A stretch of 63,900 nt of DNA, counting the filler, from Craspedostauros australis (Eukaryota), in the NCBI GenBank assembly GCA_030167865.1. It is 15 parts of 15 records of this genome, joined end to end, with 100 filler letters (N's around TTAATTAATTAA, not from the genome) between each part and the next. Parts side by side here need not be neighbours in the genome. Positions count along the whole stretch, not along the records: positions 37,678 to 49,533 come from JALAGF010005482.1; positions 49,634 to 53,611 come from JALAGF010005484.1; 13 more parts are not named here. The stretch is one strand, 5' to 3'. A program made the position numbers and the translations under genes. Below the pieces are notes generated by a model. The model searched no databases, had not been told where the DNA came from, and saw nothing but the letters and a program-made list of their open reading frames with translations. This document shows positions 37,578-50,105 of this stretch, piece after piece (positions within the stretch are counted from its first letter, which is position 1; every line of letters begins with the position of its first letter).

Positions 37578-39523
37578 NNNNNNNNNNNNNNNNNNNNNNN
37601 NNNNNNNNNNNNNNNNNNNNNTTAATTAATTAANNNNNNNNNNNNNNNNNNNNNNNNNNNNNNNNNNNNNNNNNNNNTGGGCTCTTGATGATGGCTGTGG
37701 AAGCCTTGTCATCCTCAGTTGGCATGATGGGATGCATCTGCACTCCTGTGATGAATCTGTTGGATGTTGGGAAGATGCGATCGAAGATGATCTTCTTCCC
37801 AGCTCTGTTGACGATGTCCATCAGAATGCCATTGTTTCCAATCTGGTAACTGTTGTATAGTGCCTTGTTNNNNNNNNNNNNNNNNNNNNNNNNNNNNNNN
37901 NNNNNNNNNNNNNNNNNNNNNNNNNNNNNNNNNNNNNNNNNNNNNNNNNNNNNNNNNNNNNNNNNNNNNNNNNNNATCTTGGGAGAGTCCAGCTTCGTGC
38001 TGTCTCCCACTTGGACGAAGGACTTGATGTGCCGCACGTTGAAGAGGCCGGCGTCTGAGTTGACGATGTGACACGAAGCTCCGCTGTCGGCAAGCCAGGT
38101 GTCCTTGTTGACCTTGTCTTTGTATCGAGTGCTCAGCTCGTGAAGCTGTTCCATGGCAGCTGCTGCCATGTCGTCGTCGTGATCTTCTTCGTTCCCGTCG
38201 TCCATCCTGTGGTAGTCCATGCCGTCGTAGTACGGTTCTCCGACTGCTGATGGAGTCATGTCTTCTCGGTGAGTTCCTGTCACCGAATCGTATGGCGTGA
38301 CTTGTGGTCGCTCGTGCAGGAGTACTTGCATACATCCTCCAAGGACGTAGTGCAATTCCGTCTCTGGAATGAGCTCATCTTTCCTCCAACAGCTGGTTGA
38401 GCATCACTGTGTTGGCGAGAATCTCTTCGATTGATCGGAAATTGTTGGACAGTATGGTGCCAATCACGCGCACCCATACGTGTTGCAGTCCCCCGTTGGT
38501 CATCCCTGGGAAGAGACGCATGCCTGCTACCATCACGGCGTCGTGGATGAGCTGTTGTTGCATTGTCTCTACTGTCAATGTAGGATATGGGATTGTATCA
38601 TGCCTGTGTATGGTGTCGAAGCCTCTGGCGTTCTGGACTGGTGGGAACGAGATGTCTGTTGGATAGATGACTCTCTTGTTTGGATTGAATCAGTCCACTT
38701 CTGGTTCTGATTCATCGCTGCTGTCTTCGTGGAAGATACCCATTCTGTTGTTCCTCGCCACTGGAGGAGGCGGCGCCTCACCGCCGTTTGTCTCGTCGCC
38801 AGAGACGTCTTCGTTGTCNNNNNNNNNNNNNNNNNNNNNNNNNNNNNNNNNNNNNNNNNNNNNNNNNNGAGGAGGCGGCGCCTCACCGCCGTTTGTCTCG
38901 TCGCCAGAGACGTCTTCGTTGTCTTGATCCGCGCCGTTCTCGTTGGTGTCGGTATCGTCTGCATTCGCGGCCACTTCCAACTCGATGGCGATGGTCTCTG
39001 CTCCCATCTCAGCTGCGTCGCCGGACAGATCAATGATGTTGTTCACATTGAAGCAGTACTTGTAGCTGACTTCGCGACGTCAGTCGACTTCATGGATGAT
39101 TGGCTCGTCGCTGAGCCACGCTGGCACGACCTCGTTGTCGTGTACTTTGTCATCATTTTCGAAGTGTTGGAAGTGATCGAAGAATGAATCCTTGATGTCG
39201 TCGGATACCTCCAAGCAGAGCATCATGTCCAGTATAGAGAGCATCATCTCATGGCCGCTCTTCTCATGTCTTTCCTTCGCTGTGTTGGCCTGCTCGTCGG
39301 CCTTCTTCTTTTTGTTGAACTTCTTCTTTCGGCACTCTACCTCGCAATGTCCGATGATGCCGCAGTAGTGGCACTTTCCGTTGAGTCTGCTTCCCTTGCC
39401 TTTGTTGTTTCGGTTTCCGTTCTTTCTGTTGTTGTTGGCGTTTTTCTTGTTGTTTGCCTTCTTCCGTTCGGGACAATTCGCAGATCGATGACCATACACA
39501 CCACAGTTGTGGCAGATTCCCTT

Positions 39524-39726
39524 TATCAGCACAAAATCGAATATTGCTAAGTACGTTACTCCCGTAGCCCCCACTATCTATAAATTTCACTTGTGTTTGG
39601 ATCAGCAATCGCATCGCCTGTAGCTCAACGGTAGAGCACCAGTAATTCTAACTGAGGTTCCGGGTTCGAATCCCGGCATGGTACTTTGCTTTTGCTCACC
39701 CCTTGTGATTTTTCGATAGTGCTCTA
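39524..39726. mobile_element. 203-bp MITE-like insertion with 8-bp TSD (one mismatch) and imperfect TIRs
   Basis: ATTCCCTT (39516-39523) and ATACCCTT (39727-39734) duplicate gag codons KGI. Left end TATCAGCACAAAATCGAA versus right-end reverse complement TAGAGCACTATCGAAA. Confidence 0.75.
39614..39684 (+). ncRNA. tRNA-like/tRNA-derived Pol III unit (pseudo-tRNA; isotype not assignable)
   Basis: D arm GCTC-AACGGTA-GAGC and T arm CCGGG-TTCGAAT-CCCGG are perfect (A and B boxes). Anticodon loop AATTCTA lacks U33; acceptor stem mostly mispaired. Confidence 0.7.
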
Positions 39727-40967
39727 ATACCCTTGAAGTTGCTGGTGCTCGCAAAGCCAGCGTCGTTAGTCTTCATGCTGCTGTCTTGAAATTCGTCGAC
39801 GCAGGCCTTCCCTCCTTGGTTGGTTGTGTATGCTGTGCGAAGTAGTGCTCTGATTGTGTTGATTGTGACGACAGTTGGGTTGAATGTGAGTTGATGTTCG
39901 AAGTTGATGACTTGTGCTTTGTACTCAGCACTCACTGTGCTGAGGATCTGCATGATCATATCCTCGTTGCTGATCTTGTGCCTGACGTCTTGAAGGCAGG
40001 AGTGCAGTAGCTTGAGCCATGCAATGTAGACATCTGGATCAGTGTCCTTCTTCATCTTCTCGTTGTTGAACTGCCTCTTGAGCTTGATCTTGGTGGCGGC
40101 GTCGGATGGCTTGTGCTTCTCCATGAGAAGTTTCCACACCTTGTGTGGGTTCCCCTCAGGGAATATGTTGGAAATGCATTGGTTGTTGTATTGGATGGCT
40201 TGCTTGCCTGTACCCTTCTCTGCATCCATCATGAGGATCAGATCGCTGAAGCAGTCGGCTGCCAGCCTGTAGGTCTCCTCCAATACTTCCTTGTCTGCTT
40301 CTGTGGCAGCTCCAATTTCGCTCTTGGTTGGGATCTTTGTCTTCCCCAACATCACATCTCTTGTTCTCTGCGCACGTGTGTACGCCTTCGCTTGGGACTC
40401 CCAGGCATTGTAGTCCTCCTGACTACCACTGAATAGCGGCGCCTTGATGGGTTGCTTGTTCACNNNNNNNNNNNNNNNNNNNNNNNNNNNNNNNNNNNNN
40501 NNNNNNNNNNNNNNNNNNNNNNNNNNNNNNNNNNNNNNNNNNNNNNNNNNNNNNNNNNNNNNNNNNNNNNNNNNNNNNNNNNNNNNNNNNNNNNNNNNNN
40601 NNNNNNNNNNNNNNNNNNNNNNNNNNNNNNNNNNNNNNNNNNNNNNNNNNNNNGCCACACCTGTCTCTTCTTGCTTCATATTTGTGAGAATGCTCTTCTG
40701 CACAAGTTGTAGTCTCGCAAACCGTTCCTCATTGGTCTCGTCGATCGCGCTTCCTTCTGTGCTAGAGAGGACAGTGGGCGCACCTGCTTCCTTCTGTGGT
40801 TGAAGTGGAGTCTCACTTGCACCTTCTTCTTGTTTGATAGTTGGGTTGGACAGAGGGATGTCTTTCAATTCCTCTTCCTCNCTAATTCAGCGTGCTGCTC
40901 TTGAATGATGTGGTCTTCTTCGCACGATCTGATCCGCGGGCTTGCCCTGATCTATTGTTTATAAACG

Positions 40968-42138
40968 TGTTGGAAAGTTCCGTAGACGGATACCTTGCAA
41001 TTGTGGAAGACAGTGATGGCTGTTATGATGACAATTGCTATTTCATGACATTGTTCCTCTGATGCTCTTGGTGTCTCTCTCTGACTATGAGTTGGCACAC
41101 TAGATACTCTCTTGCCATTACTCGTATTCTCTCTCTCTCGATATTTCGCGTCCACAACAAGCAATATTTCGTACTCGATATGTGCTCTGTATTCGACACA
41201 TNNNNNNNNNNNNNNNNNNNNNNNNNNNNNNNNNNNNNNNNNNNNNNNNNNNNNNNNNNNNNNNNNNNNNNNNNNNNNNNNNNNNNNNNNNNNNNNNNNT
41301 GGCCATTGAATCTTTGCCTTCTTGATCTGATGTGGAGACAGCTGCCAACGTGGTGACATGATGACATCCTGTCAATGTCAGCTGTTGTCTTCCATGGTCC
41401 TTCAGATTCCAGATTCCATTGATGATGCAGTGGTCTGGCGAGAGTGTTGTCATTTGAGGTTTAGTTGGGAAACATATCAAGCCTGACTCGATATCACATG
41501 TTTTGTTGATGGATGGACGGACGATGTTCCTTNNNNNNNNNNNNNNNNNNNNNNNNNNNNNNNNNNNNNNNNNNNNNNNNNNAATATTTCGTACTCGATA
41601 TGTGCTCTGTATTCGACACATACTCAGCCGTCTTGTCCTCTACTGGCCCACTACTCTGCGAGTATTCGCCAATGTTATGTCCAAACTCCTCCTTGTATAT
41701 CTATGATCTTGATATTTCTTGGCCATTGAATCTTTGCCTTCTTGATCTGATGTGGAGACAGCTGCCAACGTGGTGACATGATGACATCCTGTCAATGTCA
41801 GCTGTTGTCTTCCATGGTCCTTCAGATTCCAGATTCCATTGATGATGCAGTGGTCTGGCGAGAGTGTTGTCATTTGAGGTTTAGTTGGGAAACATATCAA
41901 GCCTGACTCGATATCACATGTTTTGTTGATGGATGGACGGACGATGTTCCTTATGCTCTCATAAATGGTTGTTCACAAATTTCCCCAAAATGTTGGTGGT
42001 TTTTGTGTGTCCGAATTCGTGATGTGATTTCGATCAATCACAGTTCACTATCAACACGAATGTAGTTGCGCCGTCTGTGCATATAGTATAAGAGAACAAT
42101 GAGTGAGCAATGCACATACACATATGCACATTCCAACA
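40968..42138 (-). mobile_element. 5' LTR of the family D element (family A-related LTR), inflated by gap duplication
   Basis: TGTTGGAAAGTTCCG...ACATTCCAACA lies directly upstream of the minus-strand gag, which links the family A LTR type to family D internal sequence. Confidence 0.85.
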
Positions 42139-43705
42139 TTGGTAGCCTCATCCACAGGGACATCATCGTTGGCAGGAGCCTTAGAAATCCTGGCATCACT
42201 GTCTGTGGTGATGTCAACTGCATCAAGTGCGGGATCTGGTGGTGGCGCAATGCATGTTGGCAGAGTGATGCCATTGGCACTTGGAACAGTGATGAAGTGG
42301 TGCAGATACATGCAGAACTTGCAGGCCTGGAAGTTGGCGACCCAATTGTTGTTGCCATCATCTCCACAAGCATGAAACCATGATCAAAGCTTCCACCTGC
42401 CATGGACATGGACAAGATTGGCACATCAATGCACCAATTGGGCATGGAAGAAGTCATCATCACTGTTGAGCAAATTGTAGAATTCACCGTTGGTGGTAGT
42501 CTTGAGGTCATCCCACATGAGGGGAACCACGTCCAACTGAGCCACGCAGAGATGAGGGAGGCATCAACAAGAGCATGGCGCTACCATTGTTGAAGCCATG
42601 ATGGAAGGAAGAAGGAAGCAAGAATGGAGAGCACGGGCAAAGACGTTGAGGGAAGATACTGTGAATGCAACGGAATGTGATGTCCCTGAGCACTTGCGAA
42701 GAGAGGAAGTAATGAAAGNNNNNNNNNNNNNNNNNNNNNNNNNNNNNNNNNNNNNNNNNNNNNNNNNNTTGCGAAGAGAGGAAGTAATGAAAGATTCACG
42801 TGACACGTGAAAAAGCCATCACTTGTCACTATTGTGCGAGTGTGGTGTGTTTAAGATGGTACTAATGGTGGATTTAGAGTATTGGAGATGTGATTATCTA
42901 GGTCTGTGGCAGCCGAGGTGCCTCCATCAGCATCTGTCATCATACGGAAGTACGTATGCCAACAAGCGAGTTTGCAAAAGCTGAACACAACAAAGCCAAC
43001 TAAAAAATACGCAAAAATACTAACTTCGACCAATTCGCGCTGTCATTATTTGTATTTTGGCACATTTCTGACAGCTGCATCATCCAAAACATAAGAAAAT
43101 TAACAATTATGANCGCTTTCGAACACCTGATGTGACGTCACGACACAGAATTGCGGGAAGACATCCACGAACAGAGGAGAGGGGACGGAACGCATCGATG
43201 ATAAAAACCTGTCAGAGCGACACACAGGATGGTATCGCATTCTGCTGTCGTGGTACCTGGCACTGTCAGAGACCAGTGGCGAGGGCGTCAGTTTCGAAGG
43301 AAGGAAGAGTTACTAAAAACAGGCAATTTGGTTACCGCAACCCCCACTTTTGATGACGTCGCTGGTGTCTCAACACATGTCGCAAAAAAGATAAGTGGAA
43401 ATCATTTCACAACGGAGGAATAGAATATTATATTAGTGCCTATCCGCTTTTTTGCCGAAAAGGGGCGCAAAGGGGCTACAATGGGCCACATGGGGCTACA
43501 AATTTCCCGGATAAAAACAACCAACCCTTATCACCAACAACAATGTNNNNATAATGGTATCAATTGAAAGCCAAGAGTGAGATCTATCTGATGATGTTGT
43601 CAAACTTGCTGTGTGTTGATCGCTTGGATTCCATTTTCTTGCTTGTGTTGACCCCATTTTGGAGGTTTTCCCCAAACCGACCGCGAAAAAAGCGGTGGGA
43701 AACGC

Positions 43706-43804
43706 AGGGGCTACACAGGGGCTACACAGGGGCTACACAGGGGCTACACAGGGGCTACACAGGAGCTACACAGGGGCTACACAGGGGCTACACAGGGGCT
43801 ACAC
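43706..43804 (+). repeat. Tandem array of 11-bp GGGGCTACACA (about 9 copies)
   Basis: Directly visible; same core as the subterminal motifs at both transposon ends. Confidence 0.92.
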
Positions 43805-44403
43805 GTACAATTCTACTGGGCCCTGGTACAAAATAATTTTCGGAACCCGTTCAACACAGGCGCGCAAGCCTCTTCCATCCCCGGTTGGCACTTTGTTTCG
43901 TCTGTTGGACCTGTTCGTGGCATCGATGGAATCGCGAGTCTCTTTCGGTTGCGGTGGTGTGGTGGTTGCCTGCTGTGTGTTGTTCGTCGGCCCCTTGTGT
44001 GCCGTTGAAGTTGGTGCTCCCGGCTCGTGATTCGAAAATTTTTGTCGTGTCGGTTGGCGTCAATCTCCATTCATTTTCTGCGCGCTGGACCGCGTGTGTC
44101 GTGTCGGCGACTTCAAACACACCAACACCTGTATTTGAATCCAATGTTCACATGCAGCAATGAACACGAGGCCGTTCCAAGATGTTGCCACCATCTATCA
44201 ATGATCGTTGCTGGCAACAATGGTTTCAGAGCAGTGCAACGGATCCATAACAGTCGGCGATCGCTTGATTTGTTGGGGCGTGATGCTGTATCACTTCTTG
44301 CACATCAACATGCACACAACATTTGATTGAGACATCAACACTTTCATCGCACACATTCTGATCATCCCCCTCCCAACATCTTCGCAACACGAACAACATC
44401 AAC

Positions 44404-47063
44404 ATGAGGATCACTCTCAGAGCCAAGGTCACTGGCAGATGCGGGCCTCGTCGGTCCAACGCACCTCGCAAACAGCATGACTACATCGTGGGACACACGA
44501 TCAAGGTTCTTCCCAAGCACAACTGGATCGTCCATTGGGAATCCTTGGGTGTCGTATGCAAACACAGTTCCCAAACCCTCATTTGCCTGGAAGGCAATGA
44601 AAGTCCACTTCCTGACACCAAGGTCAAAGAATACATTCAAACCATCTTTGTTGGAAAAGGAGTTGCAGCGTTGGATGCTTTTGCAAAGAGCCACAGATTC
44701 CTCCTGCCACCAGAGGCAATCACTGGACCAGCGGATGTGCCTGCAGTCAGCCAAGACTTGGGTGTTGGGACAAACTCTCCATCCAGCAACATTCTCCCAA
44801 GCAACAGTCCGGCTGCGACTTCTCTACCACTGAGCTCTCCTCCCATCAACATTCACCTGACCAACATTCCAGCCACGACTTCCCAACCAACAAACTCTTC
44901 GCGCATGCTCCAACCAACAAAGTCAGTATTGATGGCGGATCCGAAGAGCCGGAGGATGACACATCTATGGATTGCAACATTGACAACAACTTTGACAACA
45001 ATATGTTGAATTATGCAATTGAGATGGAGGAACAAACCCTCCACTACAAACCACATCATGCAGAGAAGGCCACACTGATCTCCGACAACACCTCCATCAG
45101 CATGGGATCTCAAGCCGACATAATGACATGGAAGGTTGTACCAGATGACCACATTGGCAGCCCCAAAGATGGATCTTTGCGGGAGTGGGTGGGGGTTGCA
45201 AACTTTGACTTCACCAACCTAATCGTCGCGGGCAGGGGCAGGGACAGCAGGTACCAACGTATCAACATGCTGCATCTCCTACAGCACATGTGGCCTGGCG
45301 ACTCGAAGGCCCAGGTTGACAAGCTCCATCAAAGGATCATCATGAGGCAACTTCCCACAAGAATATCGGAGGACCAGATTGACAATCACCTCATATCTCA
45401 TCACAAGTTTTGGGTGTTCTTTGGATTGCTCCTTCTGGGCACTATCAAAGGCACATCCTGCCTGTGGGGCGACAGAGACACTGAAGGATTCAAACAGCCA
45501 ATGGACGTCGCCGACCACATGAAGAATTATTGGTTTCGTGCCATCTGAGAATCACTGATCCCACACATCTTCGTGGATGCATCCAAGCAATTCTCGGATC
45601 CATGGTGGCAAATTCAACCAGGTGTGGATGCTTTCAATGCGAAGCAGGCGGAGATCATGTGCGCGAGCACACTGAAGGTGATGGATGAATCCATGAGTGC
45701 CTTCAAGACACAAACAACCAAGAATGGGAACCTTCCTCACCTATCCTTCGTCCGTCGCAAACCTGAGCCGCTGGGCGTGGAATTCAAGACCGTCGCCGAT
45801 GGAGAGACAGGGATCATGCTGTTCTTGGAGATCCAACGGGGCAAGGAGGGCATGGAGGGTGTGGCCTTCCTCGACAGGGTGAAGGGCAAGAACGCTGCAT
45901 GCACCCTTCGCATGGCAGCAGCAACCAATGTCTGCACCGATCCTTCGAAATCTCTGGATGATCCGCAGTTCAACCAGGGCAAGAGCATCTTCCTGGGAGA
46001 CTCGTGGTTCGCGTCTGTGGAGGCCACCAAGGCGCTTGAAACAGAGCTGGGTGCGAAGTTCATTGGCATCGTGAAGACGGCTCATCGGTTGTACCCCAAA
46101 GTCTTCCTGGAGACCACAATGAAGGCGTGGCCATCCGGAAGCCAGCTGCTGATGGAAAGCGAGCGCGGTGGCCACAAGTACTATGCACTGGGGTACAAGT
46201 ACTGCAAGGCCAAGGTACTCTGTTTCGTCTTTTCCGCGGGAGCTGGGCATGCAAGCCGTGGGGCGCCGTATTTGTCGAAGTGGATCTTGGACGATGGGTG
46301 CCCCATGACAAAGAAAGTGGATCGGCCGAGTGTCGCTTCGAAGTACTTCGAAAGCTGCAACAAGGTTGATGTCCACAACCAGGCTCGACAGGACATCCTT
46401 GGTCTGGAGAGAACTTGGCCCACACGCGACGGATACTTCAGGCTTGTCGCGACTCTCTTTGGGATAACCGTTGTGGATGCATGGAGGGCATACCGATGCC
46501 ACTTGGCAGGCAAGCATCGACACAAGAATGTGCCTCTCATGGATTTCGTGAACATGATGGTCAAAGACATGCTCCACAACAACGAAGCCCCTGATCCACC
46601 AAGCTCATTTGCCAGGATGAGAAGCNACCAGCCATCGGAAGTGCAATGTGGTGGCAATGGTGGCTCCTTGTCTTTGTTGACAACCGACAGTCCAGCCCAT
46701 GCGACAACACAGGTGGCCCGTGCGACAACACAGGTGGCTGAGTGGCCCCGAGCAGACTTGATCAATGGCCACCACTTGGTAAAGCACCCAGGTAGAGTCC
46801 GGAACGGGAAGATTGACCATACGAAGCAGGGGATCGCCAGGTTCATGACGAGGGGGAAACGGAGCAGATGCTGTGTGTGCACGAACTCGTCAAGGTACCA
46901 TTGCCTGAACTGTCGAATGGGGTCTCCAGGCCAAACTGTTTGGTGCTGCGAAATGAAGAAGTACGACGGAATATTTCGACGATGTTTCGAAATCCATGCA
47001 GAGAAACACGCAGGTTCAAGGTCGCGTAGTTCCACACATCCAGACACCATGACAGATAGTTAA
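44404..47063 (+). pseudogene. piggyBac-like (DDE_Tnp_1_7-type) transposase with a frameshift near 44900-45000 and in-frame TGA at 45546-45548
   Basis: DESM, RKPEPLGVEFKTVAD, GDSWFASV, IGIVKT, KVDVHN (three catalytic Asp positions intact) and C-terminal Cys/His-rich domain. ORFs 44967-45548 and 45573-47063 share a frame. Confidence 0.85.
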
Positions 47064-47789
47064 AGAAAGATGAGTGAAGAAGTCTGTGTCACAACTCTTT
47101 CTATGTTCAATGGATCGTATGCAAAAGCCAATGCAATGCAGGAAAGGAAGTGAAACGCCGCAGGGGGAGGGATGATTGGCAGGAAGAAGCGATGCCACCG
47201 GTTTCCAGTGACTGGACCCGACGATATTGGATGTGGCAGAACTCAACGAGGAGAAGAGATGTGAACACCAAACTTCGGGGAGGGATGCAGCAGATGCAGG
47301 ACAGATAGCTGGTAAAGTTTGGTGTTGGTAGGATTGAGTGAATGTTAATCCGAAGCAAAAGAGTGCGGATGTTGGTGGTTTTTTGCAAGTTGGTGCTGTC
47401 TCCCTCGTAGCGGCTCCGTAGAGTTGTACCAGGATTCGACTACTTCGACCCTGTAGCCCCTTGTGGCCCCTTGTGGCCCCAAATGGGGGCGACACAAAAA
47501 GCGGATAGGCACTAGAGAATTCTCGCAAGCAGCCACTTCCCGATTTCAAGCACACCGGTTTGGTTTGCTCCGAAATCGCAAAAAAGTTGTTCGGAGGAAT
47601 CAAATTCGGAGCTTTTCGTGAACAAAACGGTACTCGAATAATTCCTCGGAGGCACTGTTTCAGTACCCATGTTATCTCGTTATCGTACACAGCGAAATCA
47701 CACGAGTCCTTCAAGAGAGATCAAGTCTTTCAGGACGAGGGTGACAAGCTGGTAAGTGAAGACACTGTTTGAGTTGAGTGACTTCTGGT

Positions 47790-48085
47790 TCTTATGTTAT
47801 CTTCATTGAGTTGTATCTCATGTTGCTGTCTTCAAGGTCAGCTCTCAGTCATTGCACCTCGAATCCGATCTTGTTCTGATGTGGAGATGACCCATGATGT
47901 GGCGATGATGTCTTCTGTGTCGATGTCACTCATCACCGTTCCATGGCTCTGTCGATTCCACATTCCATTGATGATGCTTGAGGTCATCGAGTGTGTTGTC
48001 ATTTCAGGTTTAGTTGGGAAGTATATCAGGTCGAATTGGGCATCACATGTTTGCCGGGCGATGGCCAGACCGAATCTCTGATGTT
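47790..48085. repeat. Highly decayed fragment related to the family A LTR
   Basis: Shared blocks CTGATGTGGAGA, ATTCCATTGATGATGC, GTTGTCATTT..GGTTTAGTTGGGAA. Confidence 0.6.
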
Positions 48086-49189
48086 CTCCCTAGTGTGTCC
48101 CTCTTATGCCGAACATCATGTGTCGGAGAAAAGCATCGTTTCAGCACATACCAGGACAGACTAATCAGAAAACGAATCAGGTGAATAAAGCGTTGTGCTA
48201 ATAACCCATGCGTCTATCCCTCGATCATGTTGAGTCTACTACCCTCCGTTGCGTTTGCCATTGTTGAACAATCTTCAATGAATTTGTCGTTTCATTCATG
48301 TGGCTATCACTCTCTGTTGTTGAATTCCATGCTTCGTTGCTTTTGCATCTGCGTTCTTAGAGGCTTGTCATTCTCTGCCAAGGTGTCCTCGTCCGGTGAG
48401 AAGTTCGAAAGTTCTCGTCACAAACCCAAACACTCTCTCCACTCTTAACCATCTCCAGCATGAGCAAGAAGACTTGAAATAACGTTTATGAGCATCTTGC
48501 TTGCAAACGTGCCAGACTTGCGTTCATCAACGCACCAACCAGCCTAATTGACATGCGTGAGCAGTCTACATCTGGACAGAAGAGCGCAGTCTACAACAAC
48601 AGAAATTTATGATTGGTCAGTTCTGAAATTGCTACACGTAGAAGACCTTTTCGCGGGACACAACGAAATCGGGAAGAAATGATTATCCCGGTTTCAAGAG
48701 TCCATTAGAGAGGTTTCGCTTTCCACTCACCCAGTCACGACCAGTCCCACAAGGGAGTCATAACCTGATAGAGACATTTTTCCGGGGGGTGGCAAGAAAT
48801 CACCCCCTCGCTGAGTGGAAATCATTTCCACTCAGAGAGTCCCGGCTAAAGTGTCACTTCCACATGGATAATATACTTTGGCCAATCATGTTGTGCTATT
48901 TCGTTCTTGTTTAGTCCTTCTTGTCCTCCACATCTGTCTACATTGGCCGCCATCGTAGACTTTTGCGTTCGTTTTGGAACAACAAAGAGAAAAACATCAT
49001 CCATCACATCGCCATCACATCGCCATCGCTCGATTCTCTCATCTCAAGACAATCATCCATCACAACCCACCTTATGACTATACCTCGATGCTCCACTTCG
49101 ACCAACACCTTGCACGAGACAATAACATCACCACCACAGAACACTGCACGTGTCGTTTGTGACGCATAATCTTCTTCCTGCTATTCATC

Positions 49190-49533
49190 ATGGACGGCTC
49201 CCCTCCTCCCGCGGCTTCATCCATTGCCCCGTCGGAGACCAACAGTGACAGCGAGGTCACGACGAGTGGGACCACTGGCACACCAGCAACCTTTGTCTTC
49301 CCACCATCAGTGTTGGGCAAGGATGAGAAACTGCCACCTGGTTTCGAGCGCTGTACTTACAGGTTCACAGTGGCACAACCTACAGCCAACATTGGTGCTG
49401 CCTTCGACGTGCGCAACGGCGACGACATCAACGCGATGGCCGACTCTGGGAAGCCTCGCGCTTCACCATCAGCCACCTATCAGCCTCCGGCGGAACCATT
49501 GCCACTCAACAACAACAACAACAACAACAACAA
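49190..49533 (+). CDS. N-terminus of unknown protein with poly-Asn tract; truncated by scaffold end
   Basis: ATG in ATCATCATGG context, open to the gap, ends in (AAC)n. Confidence 0.45.
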
Positions 49534-49809
49534 NNNNNNNNNNNNNNNNNNNNNNNNNNNNNNNNNNNNNNNNNNNNTTAATTAATTAANNNNNNNNNNN
49601 NNNNNNNNNNNNNNNNNNNNNNNNNNNNNNNNNTACCGCAGCTTCCAACTTAACCCTTTACCGTTAATGACAGTCCCAACTCATGTCCCACAGCAAACTT
49701 GTCCGAGCGGAGTAGTATGTCTCAGTGAGGGCCCAATCATGTCGTAGTTATGTCTTGGGAATTGTGGTTGTGCAGGGAAAGTGCCTGCATAGTCGAAGCG
49801 GATGTACGG

Positions 49810-50105
49810 TCGAAGTGCATGTGCAGTGCATGCGCACGAGCAGGGAAAATGCAGGCGCAGGAAAAGTGCAGTGCATGTGCATGCGCATGTTCAGTTGAAG
49901 TGCAGTGCATGTGCGTGCGCAGGGAAAACGCAGGCTCTGGAAAAGTGCAGTGCATGCGCATGCGCATGTTCAGTCGAAGTGCAGGTGCAGTGCAGTCCCT
50001 GTGCAGTGCAGTCCCTGTGCAGTGCAGTCCCTGTGCAGTGCAGTCCATGTGCAGTGCAGTCCATGTGCAATGCAGTCCATGTGCAATGCAGTCCATGTGC
50101 ACGCG
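49810..50105. repeat. TGCA-rich tandem repeats (16-bp GTGCAGTGCAGTCC[C/A]T units plus longer degenerate units)
   Basis: About 7 16-bp units at 49986-50100, preceded by repeated GAAAAGTGCAGTGCATG blocks. Confidence 0.85.

Larger units (their letters stand above)
37678..40890 (-). mobile_element. Degenerate copia family D gag-protease
   Basis: KAPLFSGSQEDYNAWESQAKAY, CHNCGVYGHRSANC, CHYCGIIGHC, WLADSGASCHIVNSD; stops, frameshifts and an insertion at 39524-39726. Confidence 0.9.
43434..47514 (+). mobile_element. piggyBac-like DNA transposon with both TIRs
   Basis: 19-bp perfect inverted repeat TAGTGCCTATCCGCTTTTT at both ends; subterminal GGGGCTACA/TGTAGCCCC motifs; encloses a transposase. Confidence 0.9.

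Noticed and set aside
39614..39684. Functional tRNA-Glu(TTC) or tRNA-Arg(TCT)
   Set aside because: Acceptor stem mispaired and anticodon loop non-canonical; reported as tRNA-like only.
42139..42850. Possible decayed minus-strand coding sequence
   Set aside because: Multiple stops and no motif I can recognise.
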